Source: the human T2T-CHM13v2.0 reference genome, Homo sapiens. Taken from it: DNA of 64,000 bases. The DNA lies in NCBI RefSeq assembly GCF_009914755.1, contig NC_060930.1. The stretch is one strand, 5' to 3'. Below are positions 1 to 14,086 of this stretch, in pieces (position 1 is the first letter of the stretch; every line of letters begins with the position of its first letter). A model generated the notes under the pieces. The model ran no database searches. It was not told the origin of the DNA and saw nothing but the letters and a program-made list of their open reading frames with translations. A program made the position numbers and the translations under genes.

Positions 1-152
1 GGCAGCATTTGAACAAAACATCCATCCAATGACTAGATCATCCCTTTAAAATCGCAACCTTTACAGTTAAATTCCAGTGGATAGGTCAAGTCATGGAAAA
101 GCTGCAAGATGAGAACAGAAAACTGAGCAGTGCCAATGGGGATTGGAAGCTA

Positions 153-683
<531 letters not shown>

Positions 684-1064
684 TTATTTAACTTCTTCCC
701 TAGCAGCCCTGCTGTGCTCAAACCACTGTGACAGGCTTTCCTTAAGGTGTTAGACAAGAGATAGCACAGAAGAGAGACAAGGCAAAAAATTTAGTACTAT
801 TTTCCAGCCTAAACTAAACCTTTATTTTAGTCATGACTTTAAAAAATGTATTTGCGGGAATGACTCAACCCCTTGTTCCACCCCTTGCCTTGTGTATTCC
901 TTCAGTGCCTAAGTTGATATTTGCAGCCACTACCTCACTCAGGATGCTTTGTTTTTATCATTTCAAAATACTCAAGTCCTTGCCCAAGCTGGGCAAAAGT
1001 GTCCAGTGGTGTCAAAACAAAGCAAAGCAGACCGGAGAGCCTCCTGCCAGAAAGATGCATTTAC

Positions 1065-1125
1065 CTTCACCAAAAACATCATCCTCTTCATCGACCAGGA
1101 GCTCCTCAGCATCAAAAAACTGCAT
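1065..1125 (-). CDS. RIPOR2: Coding part of a first exon (20 codons + 1 nt, MQFFDAEELLVDEEDDVFGE|G), alternative N-terminus of RIPOR2/FAM65B
   Basis: Minus-strand ccaagATGc (A at -3), open 61 nt, then donor GAAG|GTAAAT at 1065/1064. Peptide recalled as a RIPOR2 isoform N-terminus; nearby PPIA and MT-CO2 pseudogenes fit my recollection of the 6p22.3 locus. Confidence 0.85.
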
Positions 1126-1400
1126 CTTGGAGAGGACAGGCGCGAGAAGCAGCAGGCAGCAGCCCCGGCAGTCTCAGCAGTCACACTGCCGACCGAGGTG
1201 ATTTCCTTTCCTTGGGTTGCCCAAGCCCTCTGGAGGGCAGCTTCCGCATCTGCCCTGAAGAAAGCAGTTTCATTCATATGAATAGGCTTCTTGAGCCTTG
1301 TGAAGAGTGAATCCCAGGTGGGGTAATTCTCACCACTGAGGAGAAAGAATTTTTTGAAGAGGGCTGCAGATCCGGTTGGATATGAATACAGATATCACTC
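1126..1400 (-). promoter_or_regulatory. RIPOR2: 5' UTR (TSS probably ~1187) and proximal promoter of the RIPOR2 exon
   Basis: GC/CpG-enriched unique sequence directly upstream of the ATG; Inr-like gC|Agtgtg at ~1187; no TATA seen. Confidence 0.55.
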
Positions 1401-2439
1401 AAAGTCTGAATGCAATGAATTCTATTTCAAAGCAACAACTTTCATATTTCCTTAAAGAGGAAGGTGGGTGCTTAACTTTCTTGCTTATGAATTTGAACAC
1501 AATGGGTTTTGTTGAAAGAGGGAGTTCATATTTCTCATATCTTGGTTTTGCTTCAATTACAATTTATCTGAAAGTAAAGCAAGCCACTATGTTAAACCAA
1601 AGCAGGCATTTAGAGGACAGAGCTTTTATTTTGCTCAGTAATAGTTGCATTTTTCTTTTCTTTTCTTTTCTTTTTTTCAAACCTCTTGCATTTAAGGATT
1701 GGAAACTTTACAGCATTTAAACCAAACTGAACCATATCTAGGCTTTATGTGGCTCGATTAAATCTATAGTCAATGAATAGATAACTGGTTTTGGTCAAAC
1801 ATCTTGCATTTCACAATATTTACTCAGTTTGATACTTCAGACTGTATCACTAAAGGAGAAAGAAGAAAATGTAACTCAAAAAGCAGTCCTCCCAAAGGGA
1901 TGAGTGAACACTGAGCTTCTACGCGAGCACCATTGGCTGGCATCACCATATCGAGCTACCCAACGTGTGCCAAATTCTGTCTGGCTGCACAAACAAACAC
2001 ACATCTCTCTGAGTAATACTGAGACTTCATTTCGGGGTTTCCCAGAGCACTCCACTGTGTTGTAAGATCTCTTAGGTGGCCAGAAGCTTAGAAAATGCAA
2101 ATGGAGATGACAGTGAGGAGCTGTTGACCCAAGGTGTTTATTTTTGGCACTTTATTTACTGCATGGTTTTGAAGATACTCCCAGTGTTACCCTAGAGAAA
2201 CTGTCCCCTCCTCCTGTAACTGCAACCTTGAAATTGCACCATTTTCTCCCAGAAGAGACTGTGGACAACAGGGTTGGAGAAATCCAGCAGTGAGAAGGGA
2301 TCACCCCAGAGGAATTCAGGAATCAGACACTGAGGGTTAACTGAGCAGCAACAGTCAGTTCATCCCTGCATTGGTGGCTGCAGCAGTTCCCAAAGACAGT
2401 GTACAGCTTGGGTCCTGCTGGGATCACCAATTGTTGTCA

Positions 2440-2648
2440 ATCAGGGCTGGAACCATCCTTAGAGGAGAGCTTGGAAATGTCTGGGGTGTTTTGGGTGGCA
2501 CAATGACTGGGGGTTATTACTGGTATTTAATGTCTTAGCACTCAGGGGCCCAGGGATATCAACCTTACCATAATGCATGGAACAGTAGCTCAACAGGAAG
2601 AACTGTCCAGCTCCAAATACCAATAATGCCCACCTTGAGACACACTGA
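2440..2648. mobile_element. MER20-like hAT element (diverged)
   Basis: ttggaaatgtctgg...cagggatat...aagaactgtccagc...ttgagacacactg resembles the MER20 consensus. Confidence 0.6.
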
Positions 2649-2909
2649 CAGGCAGAGAACTGGAGTTATCCTTTTCTCTAGCTCTCCTTTGCATCTCCCC
2701 TTTCTGACCCTTTTACCACCCCCTACCATGATCCCCACTTGAATGATGTTTCTGGACAAGGGTTGCACTTAGTTACATAAATTAAATTAATTAAAATGGG
2801 CCTAGGTGTAGGAAATTTGGATGTGGACTAAAGCTCTCTTTTGTGTGGTTGGGATAAGAGGATGGGTGTCCATTTTGATAATCACTACATTTCTCAACTA
2901 CTGTCCTAT

Positions 2910-3060
2910 GTCCTTTAATCTCCACAACTTCATGAGGTGGGTGCTATTATCCCATTTTACAGATGAAGCAATGGGGGCTCTGAGGGCTTGAAAAACATTC
3001 CTAAGATCAGGCAGCTAGTGAGTGGCAGATTTGACTAATTCCAGAGCTCACTCTGTTACC
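2910..3060 (-). mobile_element. MIR
   Basis: Core attatcccattttacagatgaag. Confidence 0.75.
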
Positions 3061-3252
3061 TCATGTCTGGACAACTTATGGGAGTGACTGCACACAGTCC
3101 AGTTCACTGCAGCATCCCCGTGGCTCTTGGGGACCTGCACTACCTCCCTCACCTCCCACCTCAGAACTACCTGGTTACCACGTGAACCTGAGGGCCCTAG
3201 CTATTCCACTTCAAAAAGTTAGCATAACCTCTGTAGGCCTGTTTCATTTTAA

Positions 3253-3708
3253 GTGGGTGGAATTGTGTCTCCCCTGTTGAATTCATATGTTGAAGTCCTA
3301 ACCCCCAGTACCTCAGAATGTGACCTTACTTAGAAACAGGGCCATTGAAGATATAATTAGTTAGGATGAACTTATATCATATTGGAGGAGGATGGGTCCT
3401 TAATCCAATATGACTAACTTCCTCATAAAAAGGAGAGATTTAGACAAAGACATAGACATAGGGAGGATAGTATGTGAAGATGAAGGCAGAGATCCACAAG
3501 CCAAGGAACACCAAAGACTGCCAGTAAACCACCATGAGCTAGGGGAGAGGCCTGCAAGAGATTCTCCCTCACATCCCTCAGAAGAACCAATCCTGCCAAC
3601 ACCTTGACCTTGGACTTCTAGCCTCCACAGCTGTGATGCAGTAAGTTTCTGTTGCTTAAGCCACCCAGTTTGTGGTACTTCATTACAGAAGTCCTAGAAA
3701 ATAATATA
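3253..3708 (+). mobile_element. MLT1B/C MaLR solo LTR, inserted in a MIR
   Basis: aattcatatgttgaagtcctaacccccagtacctcagaatgtgacc...ttaagccacccagtttgtggtac. Confidence 0.85.
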
Positions 3709-4249
3709 CTTTCTCATTTGGCTTGTTTTGAGGATTAAGTAGGATAATTTATGTAAAGAAGCTGACACAGTACATGGTACACAGTAAATACCCAGTTATA
3801 ATTATACGCCTAAGTCTCTCACAGGGACGCTTAGGATATTTCCCAAATTGAAGGCTCAATGGGGATAGAGAATGAGAAGTCACCACACTCCATATAAAAC
3901 CTCAATAACCCTTAGGAAGTTTCCCTCAGTCTCCTCTTCTCCAATTTAGATATCTCAGAAACACAGCTAATCATCTCAAAGAACAAATCACAAATGCTAC
4001 CACGAACTCCTTGAAAGCACAGAGGATAGAAAACATGGTTCTTGCTCTCCAAAGTTTACAATTACCTTAGAGAGATATGACATACATGCATGATGTGTTA
4101 ACTAAAAAGAAAAATTAATAAACTACATATGCATGCATCAATATGGATGAGTTTCAAAAACATAATATTGACTTTGAAAGGTCTCAGAAAATTATAAATG
4201 GTATAATTATATTTATATGAGTGTCCAAAATGAGCAAATAAAAAAATGT

Positions 4250-4465
4250 AGGTAATCGCTAACACAGAGTGCCAGCAACAGTTTTAAGTGCTTTGATTCA
4301 CTTAATTCCTATATCAACCCTAAGATATAGATATATTTATTATCTCTATTTTAGTTTAAGGCCCAAGAGGTGAAGTGATCCACCCAAGGTCATACATTTG
4401 GTAAGTGGTAGAGGTACTGAGATTTGATCCCAGAGTCCAAACTCTTAAACACCAGGCTACACTAT
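4250..4465 (-). mobile_element. MIR
   Basis: ttttaagtgcttt...cccaaggtcataca...ggtaagtggtagag...tcttaaacacca. Confidence 0.65.
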
Positions 4466-4531
4466 CTCTTATCTATGTAAAGTCTAAAAGAATGCTGAGC
4501 TTATATAAAATTTTAACAAAGTGCAATAAAC

Positions 4532-4835
4532 TGTGAAGAAGTGACTAGACAAAGGAGGCAGAGTAGGGGAGTGGGCTCCTAAGAGTGGCAAATTGTGGGA
4601 AGGTAACTAGGAATGTATGATAGCTAAGGATTGTTATGCAGACTCATCTCTCATATCAGGAAGAGGACCATGAGGCTTAGTCACCCAAGATGGGAAATAA
4701 AACACCTTTACAAGTGGAAATTTATGGCACTTAAAGCAGAAAGGAGAAGGGCAGAAGATTCTTTCTCAAAAATAGCTCAAAATAGTACTTATGCTAAATT
4801 AGCATATTTTGGGGGACACATTCTGATCCCCTTCG
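4532..4835 (-). mobile_element. MER34-family ERV1 LTR fragment
   Basis: Reverse complement begins gaaggggatcagaatgtgtcccccaaaatatgct...tattttgagct. Confidence 0.55.
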
Positions 4836-5840
4836 AATCCATATTAGAAAAGAAAGACTAAAGATAGGGAAATTCAGTGCTTAGTTAAGGGAGATGTAGG
4901 TCACAGAGAGTAGTTTTCACTAAGAAATGAGGAGTAAGTCTGAAACAACAATGAAAGAATCTTGCTTTTCAGTGATTGAGGCAAACAGCTCCAATAATTG
5001 GATTTGGGGAAGAGAACAAAAGTATAGATGAACCAGTATAAGGCAACTACTTTGATCAAATGGTGATTTGTGACAACCTGTACTAAATTTAACAGCAGAA
5101 TTTCATCAAGGTCATAAGCACAGGAACATAGCAAAGCTTTTATACTCCAAAGAGTTGGTGCCCACTTTATGCCATACTAGGTCTGTGAATTACAATGATA
5201 TGAAAGGTCTGGTCCTTGCTTTGTGGAACTTTACTCACTTCATTCATTTGGAGAATAGTAATGAATACCTACTATATTTCAGGTATGGTGTGAAATATTT
5301 AAGTAAATATATAAGTGAGAAGGCATGTGTTGTGTTGAACATATGAATATCAACACAGTATTATTATTTTGAGTTATGAGAATTGAGGCTATAATAATCA
5401 ATAATTTATTAATTTAAAATATTTCTGCATAGTTTGCTGTTTTGAAAAAAAATACCACCTGTGAAGCGTGTACAGGAGGAAACCATACTAGTGGAAAAAT
5501 TTCAACATCCAACGTGGGCTTTTATTCCAACAGAAGAGCCTCACAATCTTCTCTCTGTGCTTCTGGAGAATTTCCCACTCCTTTCAGAAAGTGTTTTAAA
5601 ATACTTAATTTTCAGATATACAAACTTCTGAACAGGGAGAAAAACCTGAACTAATTAGGAGCAAAATGTTCGAAACAGAAAGGAGAACAAAGTAGGAGAG
5701 AGGAATTGAAACTGTGAGGAGTGGTAGGAATCAGAAAAGAAAAAGGTGAAAAAAACCACAGAGTCAGAAATAATCTTATCTTTGGGTAACTTTGCCAGTA
5801 AAGATGCACCTAAAAATTTGTCTAATTTGTCTAACTGTAA

Positions 5841-6180
<340 letters not shown>

Positions 6181-7389
6181 GGAACATGATTTTTAATAGT
6201 ATTCTTGTTTTCATGTTGCAAAGAGGAGGTACCAATCTCATGGGTACAATCTCATGAGGGTTGTCTCATGAGGAAAACCCTCCCAGAGCCTTTAGAAGTC
6301 TTCCTGCCTGCCTCCCCCAGTTTCAGGCGCATCATTAGGCTGCAGGAGCCACACTTAGAGTCACTTACTGAAGGTGCTGGGGAAGCCTGACCAAAGTCCA
6401 GGACTGTTTCCTTCAATGGGACTAAAGACAATGACGGTAATTGCCCGCTGAGGGAATCCATTCCTTCCACTTACGAAAGAAGGAGAAGAACCCAGCAAAC
6501 AAGAGTTCTATGGCAAGACTCACATTGGGTATGGTTGGCAAGGTCATAACTATGGGTTAAAGGTATGACTGCTGGGAGTGGTTAGCTTGCAACTAGAAAC
6601 AGAAAAAAAAAAAAGCATATAAAGGCACTGGTTCTGGGATTTGACAGGGCTGAGTTACAATCTTGGCTTCGTTACTATCTAGCTCTTTGACTAGAGTTAA
6701 TAATTTCACTTTGAATCAGTAAAATGGAATAATAATAATCAATTACTGAGTTAAGGGACAGTTCAGCCCTTTCCCACTAATTGTCCCAAATTAAAATACA
6801 ATCTATATTAATACATTGTGCTATCAATGCAAACACAACTTCAAGACCCAGTCCCTAGTCCCTGGCCTTACCCTCTGTCTCAACCAGAATGTAATCACAA
6901 AGCCTCTCCAATAAAGAAATCCTGTAGCTGCTACTGATAATAAAATTTACCTCTCAGGGTTTGGCAACATTAACTGAGATGGGAATCCTTTCCTGTGGCC
7001 CTACCATTGACTTTAAAAGCATTTTCAGGGATCACTGTACAGTCTGCCCCTCCTCCCCTTTTTTTAACCTCAAGACAAATTTCTTGGTGTGGGAGCTACA
7101 GAAAGTGACAGAAGGGGTGGAGAAAAGATACACAGGAAAATAAACTTTAAGAAGACAGAAAGGAACAGTCTTCCATGTCTGTGAGAGATGTGGGGAAAGT
7201 TTAAGGAGAATTACAATCCTCCCTCCCAGAATGTGACCCCAGACCCAAGACAGCCAAAGAAGGCAAGATGAGAAGATATAACTTTCTCAACTTTTAAAGA
7301 AAGGCATGCATTTTGTGCACCCTAAATCTTATAATGAAAGATTGCTTGATAGCACATAAGTCACTGGGTGGCAAAATAAGAGACAATAT

Positions 7390-8730
<1,341 letters not shown>

Positions 8731-8742
8731 AAAGCCTTTCTT

Positions 8743-11040
8743 CCATAAAAGCAATAAGAAACTGGGAAAATGGCCAGTATCGACTTTTGCAGAAGGCTGG
8801 AAATTAACCAAAGGCTTACAGCAATCCAGCAGCATTTATTCAAGAAAAATGGCTGAATTTCAATAGAACAATGAGTTTTATGGCATTTTAATTTACCAGC
8901 TTCCACACACTTCACCTTATCTCTGTGGTAGCCTTGAAAATCAGCAGCCTGCAATCACAGTGAAAATCAACAGCCTGGCAGCTATTGGAATGGTTGCAGA
9001 ATGGAGATAAAGCTTCTTCAAAGTCCCATTCCCCCCAAAGTCCCATTCCCCCAAAACTGTCACTATTTGACCTGTCTGGTGGTTCTCTGGAAGACTTCAC
9101 TCACAAGCCTTTTTATTTAATCTGATTTAGAGTTGCCAAGTGTGAACAGTCTTTTCCTTGGGGGTGTTTGTTGAAAAGAATCACAGGCAATTAGTCAATA
9201 CTGCAGCCGCCTAAGTCAGTGGATTAGAGTTAGGGGCAAACAATAGGCTTAACAAAAAGCTTAAAAGAAAAAGCTTGGGAATGAGATGCCCATAGGAGAC
9301 TTTGAAAAGCTCCCACATATTCCTGGGAATCTAGAAGGTGAAGCCTATATAGGGCTACGTGCATGCCCACAGCTGTGTATATGCTCAGAAAATACTTGAG
9401 AAGGCCCTAAGGTCTGACCACTGGCTAACCTTAAGGCTCTCCAGAAGCAGAAAGTAAAGGCTAAGGCAGAGTTGTAAAGTGCTTAACTGAGCATTGAAAG
9501 TGTGTCCTAGTGTGCATATAGAACCCCTTGGCAAAGACTGCAAGATTTATTGGTCCCAGGCATCTAAAGAAATTTCTGTTCAGTCATTAGTGTACCACTA
9601 AGCTAATCAAGCAGAGATTTCAGTGGCCACACATGACAAACAATATAGACTTTACAGAACTATCTCAGAAAAGTCACTAAAAAAACAACAAGAACAGCAA
9701 CAAAAACCTTGGGGGAGTAGGGAGAATCTGATTTCCAGAGTTTCCATATAATTTTAAACATCCCGTTTTCAGCAAAAAATTATGAAACATGCAAAGAAGC
9801 AAGAAAGTATGGTCTATACACAGGAAAAATAAACAATTAATAGGAAGTCCCTAATGAAGCCCAGAAGATGTTGGCTGCAAACTTCCCAGATTTGATGAAC
9901 AAGATTAATCTATAAATCTAAGAAGCTCAATGAATTTCAAGTAGGATAAACTCAAAGAAATCCACAACTAGACACATCATAATCAAACAGTAGAAAGTCA
10001 AAAACAAAGAGCATCTCACCCAAACAAAAGTGACTTGCCATATACAATGGATCTTCAATAATACTAAAAAGCAATTTCTCATTAGAAGCAATAAAGGGCA
10101 AAGGGATGAAAAAAAGTTGGTTAATGGGCACAAAAATAGTTATATAGAAGAAATATGTTCTAGTGTTTGACAGTACAGTAGGGAAATTATAGTTGACAGT
10201 AATTTATTATATATTTCAAAATAGCTGAAAAGAAGAATTGTAATGTTCCCGCCACAAAGAAAAGATATATGTTTGAAGTGATGGATACCCCAATTACTCT
10301 GATTTGTATATATTCCATACATGTATCAAAATATCACATGTACCCCCAAAATATGTACAATTACCATATATCAATTAAAAAAAAGAAATAAACCATAGAA
10401 GGCAGAAGAAAGGGGACAGCATATATAAAGTCCTGAAAGTAAAAAATAAAAACAAAAAAACTGTCAACTAAGAATTGTATATCCAGCAAAACTATCCTTT
10501 GAGAATGAAGGAGAAATAAATATATTTCCAGATATACAAAAGCTGAGGAAGTGTATTACTAGTAGATTTGCCTTGTAAGAAATGCTAAAGACAGTCCTTT
10601 AGGTTGACATAAAAGACACTGGACAGTAACTCAAAGCCATAAGAAAAAATAGAGAGCACTGGTAGAAGTAACTTCATAAGTAAACATAAAAGACAGTACA
10701 AATGTATTTCTTGTTTGTAACTCTTTTCCCTCATCTGATTTAAAAGACAATTGCGTAAAACAATAATTATACATCTGTGTTGACGGGCATATAATATATA
10801 AAGGTGTAATTTGTATGACAATAACAGCACAAAGAAGAGGGGAATGAGTAGAGTGATAGAGGATAAAAGTTTTTATATTCTCTTGAAATTAAAGTGGTAT
10901 TAATCTAAACTAGATTGCTATAAATTAAGATGTTAATTGTAATCCCCAAGGCGATCACTAAGAAAATAAATAAAAAGTGTAGTAAAAGAACCAATAGAAA
11001 AATTCAAATTATAAACTAGAAAAATATCAATTTAGCACAA
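8743..11040 (+). mobile_element. Old L1M (L1MC/MD-type) 5'UTR and ORF1 remnants
   Basis: gaagctcaatgaatttcaagtaggataaactcaaagaaatccaca...agaattgtatatccagcaaaactatcc typical of L1M ORF1; element starts ~7595 and is interrupted by the L1PA. Confidence 0.7.
10100..10388 (+). mobile_element. L1MA 3' end inserted in the older L1
   Basis: ttggttaatgggcacaaaaatagtta...atcacatgtacccccaaaatatgtacaatt plus A tail. Confidence 0.8.
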
Positions 11041-11044
11041 ATAA

Positions 11045-11275
11045 TTCAGTGATACCTCTATAAAAAATTTCTTTTATTCTCGTTTATTTTCTTATGTGAA
11101 CTTGGCTTCTTAGTGCTTACACCTATATAAATAAAATATGAATATTTTTACAAATTCCTGTCTCACTGTAGCAAAAGTAATATTCATCCATGGATAAATG
11201 AACTCACTGAAAGAAAGTCAACCTCACTCATCTCATTAAGAGATACATTTCTAATAAAATTTTGATTTCATGCTG
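11045..11275 (+). mobile_element. hAT-Charlie transposase C-terminal remnant
   Basis: Translates LCELGFLVLTPI*IK...QPHSSH*, like the hAT dimerisation-domain end (LCExGFS...QxHxSH*). Confidence 0.6.
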
Positions 11276-11289
11276 GAAGATGATAATTA

Positions 11290-11633
<344 letters not shown>

Positions 11634-11672
11634 TGAAAAATTACATACCTTCACGCATTGGAAACCTTGTAT

Positions 11673-11899
<227 letters not shown>

Positions 11900-12924
11900 T
11901 CAGGGGGTTCCTGGGGGAGCCAAAAGAAATAGGGGCCCAAGGGGTCTGGACCCTGCAGGAGGTAGGCTTCGCAGTGCCATCCCTTTGCACATACTAGCTT
12001 TGTGGGCTGTGACCCAGTCTCTCCTGACGTATTTCTTTTTGGCCTCCAAATTTCTTGTCCTCAAAGAAGGAATAAAACAAGGATTTAGAATTCAGGACTT
12101 GTTAAGTTGATTTTGGCCAAGTGTTTTTGAAAATTCTTCCTGGCGTGGCTTCTTTTCAGTATATGTGTTTCAGTGACCTCTGACTATACAGAGACAGAAA
12201 AACAATTTGGAGAAAGAGATATTTTGAAGACTATGTGACAGAAAGAAAGAAGAAAGAAAAAAGGAGGAAGAAAGAGAAAACGTGAAGGAGGAGCAGAATA
12301 TTCTTCTTTTGGAAGGAAAATACTTCCAGATTGTGTCTGTTTTTTTAAAGATTCCGTGGGAGGATATCCAGAGACACTCCTTGATTTAAAACTTCAGCCT
12401 TCCCTCCCGCAAATTCGGCTCTGGGTGCCTATCAATGCTACAGGACAGACGTGGGCCCAGATAAGGCTGAAACACACCTCAACTCTCCGTCTCGGGTTTT
12501 GGGCTCACCTTAGATGCACTCTAACTCTGCTCTGTCAGACATCCAGGAAGAACTACATGCATTTGGGTCAATTTGGATGGAGGAAATGAAGAATTATCGA
12601 GTAAGAAATCACCATTCCTCTTTTGTGTACTAGAAGGCTCAACCCTGAATGTACCTTCCTACTTTAATGTCTGAAATGTATTAATAAATTACGATAAAGA
12701 ATGAAACAGTGAAAACAAAACCCCAGAATAAAAGAAAAGAAAACGTGTCCTGTGGACCGAATTATGGAACGGTCCTGCTCAGGAGGGAATAAAGTCTCAT
12801 GTTTTCCTGACCTGGGACTGGTGGAGAAAGAAGATGGTGCAATTCTCCTCTGATTCCTTACAGTTTAATTAGCAGCCTTGATCTTCTTCAAAAAGGGGCT
12901 CTACCTTTTCTTCTCTTTCAAATA

Positions 12925-13041
12925 AAGGATGGGGAGGAGAAGGAAAAAGTAGGGGGAAGGGGAGGGGAAGGAAAAGAGTAGGGGAAGGGGAAGGAAGGAG
13001 CAGTGAAGGAAGGGAAGGAAAGAAAGAAAAAAGAAAAAAAA
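12925..13041. repeat. GA-rich polypurine tract with G-runs
   Basis: Almost exclusively G/A; gggggaaggggaggggaagg...ggggaagggg. Confidence 0.85.
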
Positions 13042-13066
13042 TGAGATATTGCCTCAACTTTTAATG

Positions 13067-13617
13067 TATAAGTTAACTCTCGCATGTTTTAATAGCTCGT
13101 CTAGTTCAATTTGGCCTTCAAACGCTATATCCCCTATTATAGAACTCACTTTCCATGACCACGCTCTTATAATTATTTTCCTAATTAGTTCCCTGGTCCT
13201 ATACATTATTTTCCTAATACTCACCAAAAAATTAACTCATACTAGCATCATAGATGCCTAAAAAATCGAGACTGTCTGAACTATTTTACCTGCCATTATC
13301 TTAATTTTAATTGCCCTCCTATCCTTACGTGTTCTGTACATAACAGATGAGGTTAACAACCCTTCTATCACTGTCAAAGCAATTGGCCACCAATGATATT
13401 GAAGCTATGAATATACAGGCTATGAAGAATTAGTCTTCGATTCTTATATAGTCCCAACAGCAGACTTAAAGCCAGGAAAACTTCGATTCCTGGATGTTGA
13501 TAACCGAACAATTCTCCCAGTAGAGATCCCCATCCGTATATTAATCTCATCCGAAGATGTCCTGCACTCATGAACTAACTATCCCCTCATTGGGCCTCAA
13601 AACAGATGCAATCCCCA
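13067..13617 (+). pseudogene. NUMT: MT-CO2 pseudogene (about first 176 codons), possibly with a tRNA-Asp 3' remnant
   Basis: In mitochondrial code: [55 protein letters not shown]...IGHQWYWSYEY...DVDNR...EDVLHSW...GLKTDAIP. Start decayed to ATA (13092), TAA at 13259, small indels, aact duplication ~13573. Possibly the annotated MTCO2P33 (recall, unverified). Confidence 0.95.
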
Positions 13618-13732
13618 GAATACCTGACTATGAAGAGAACCTCTGAGCATTAGGATGATGAGCCCAGATTCCTCTCCTTCACTGCTCTGTGTCTGTCTCA
13701 GATGATTGCTCATGGGAGTTGTTAGTTATTAA

Positions 13733-14086
<354 letters not shown>

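Noticed and set aside
833-1310. Overlapping 100-130 aa ORFs on both strands, including 972..1277 (-)
   Set aside because: Alternative frames over the GC-rich exon; only the 1125-1065 frame has Kozak context, a splice donor and a recognisable peptide
13043-13091. Mitochondrial tRNA-Asp gene upstream of the COX2 NUMT
   Set aside because: At most a decayed 3' remnant; no cloverleaf can be formed
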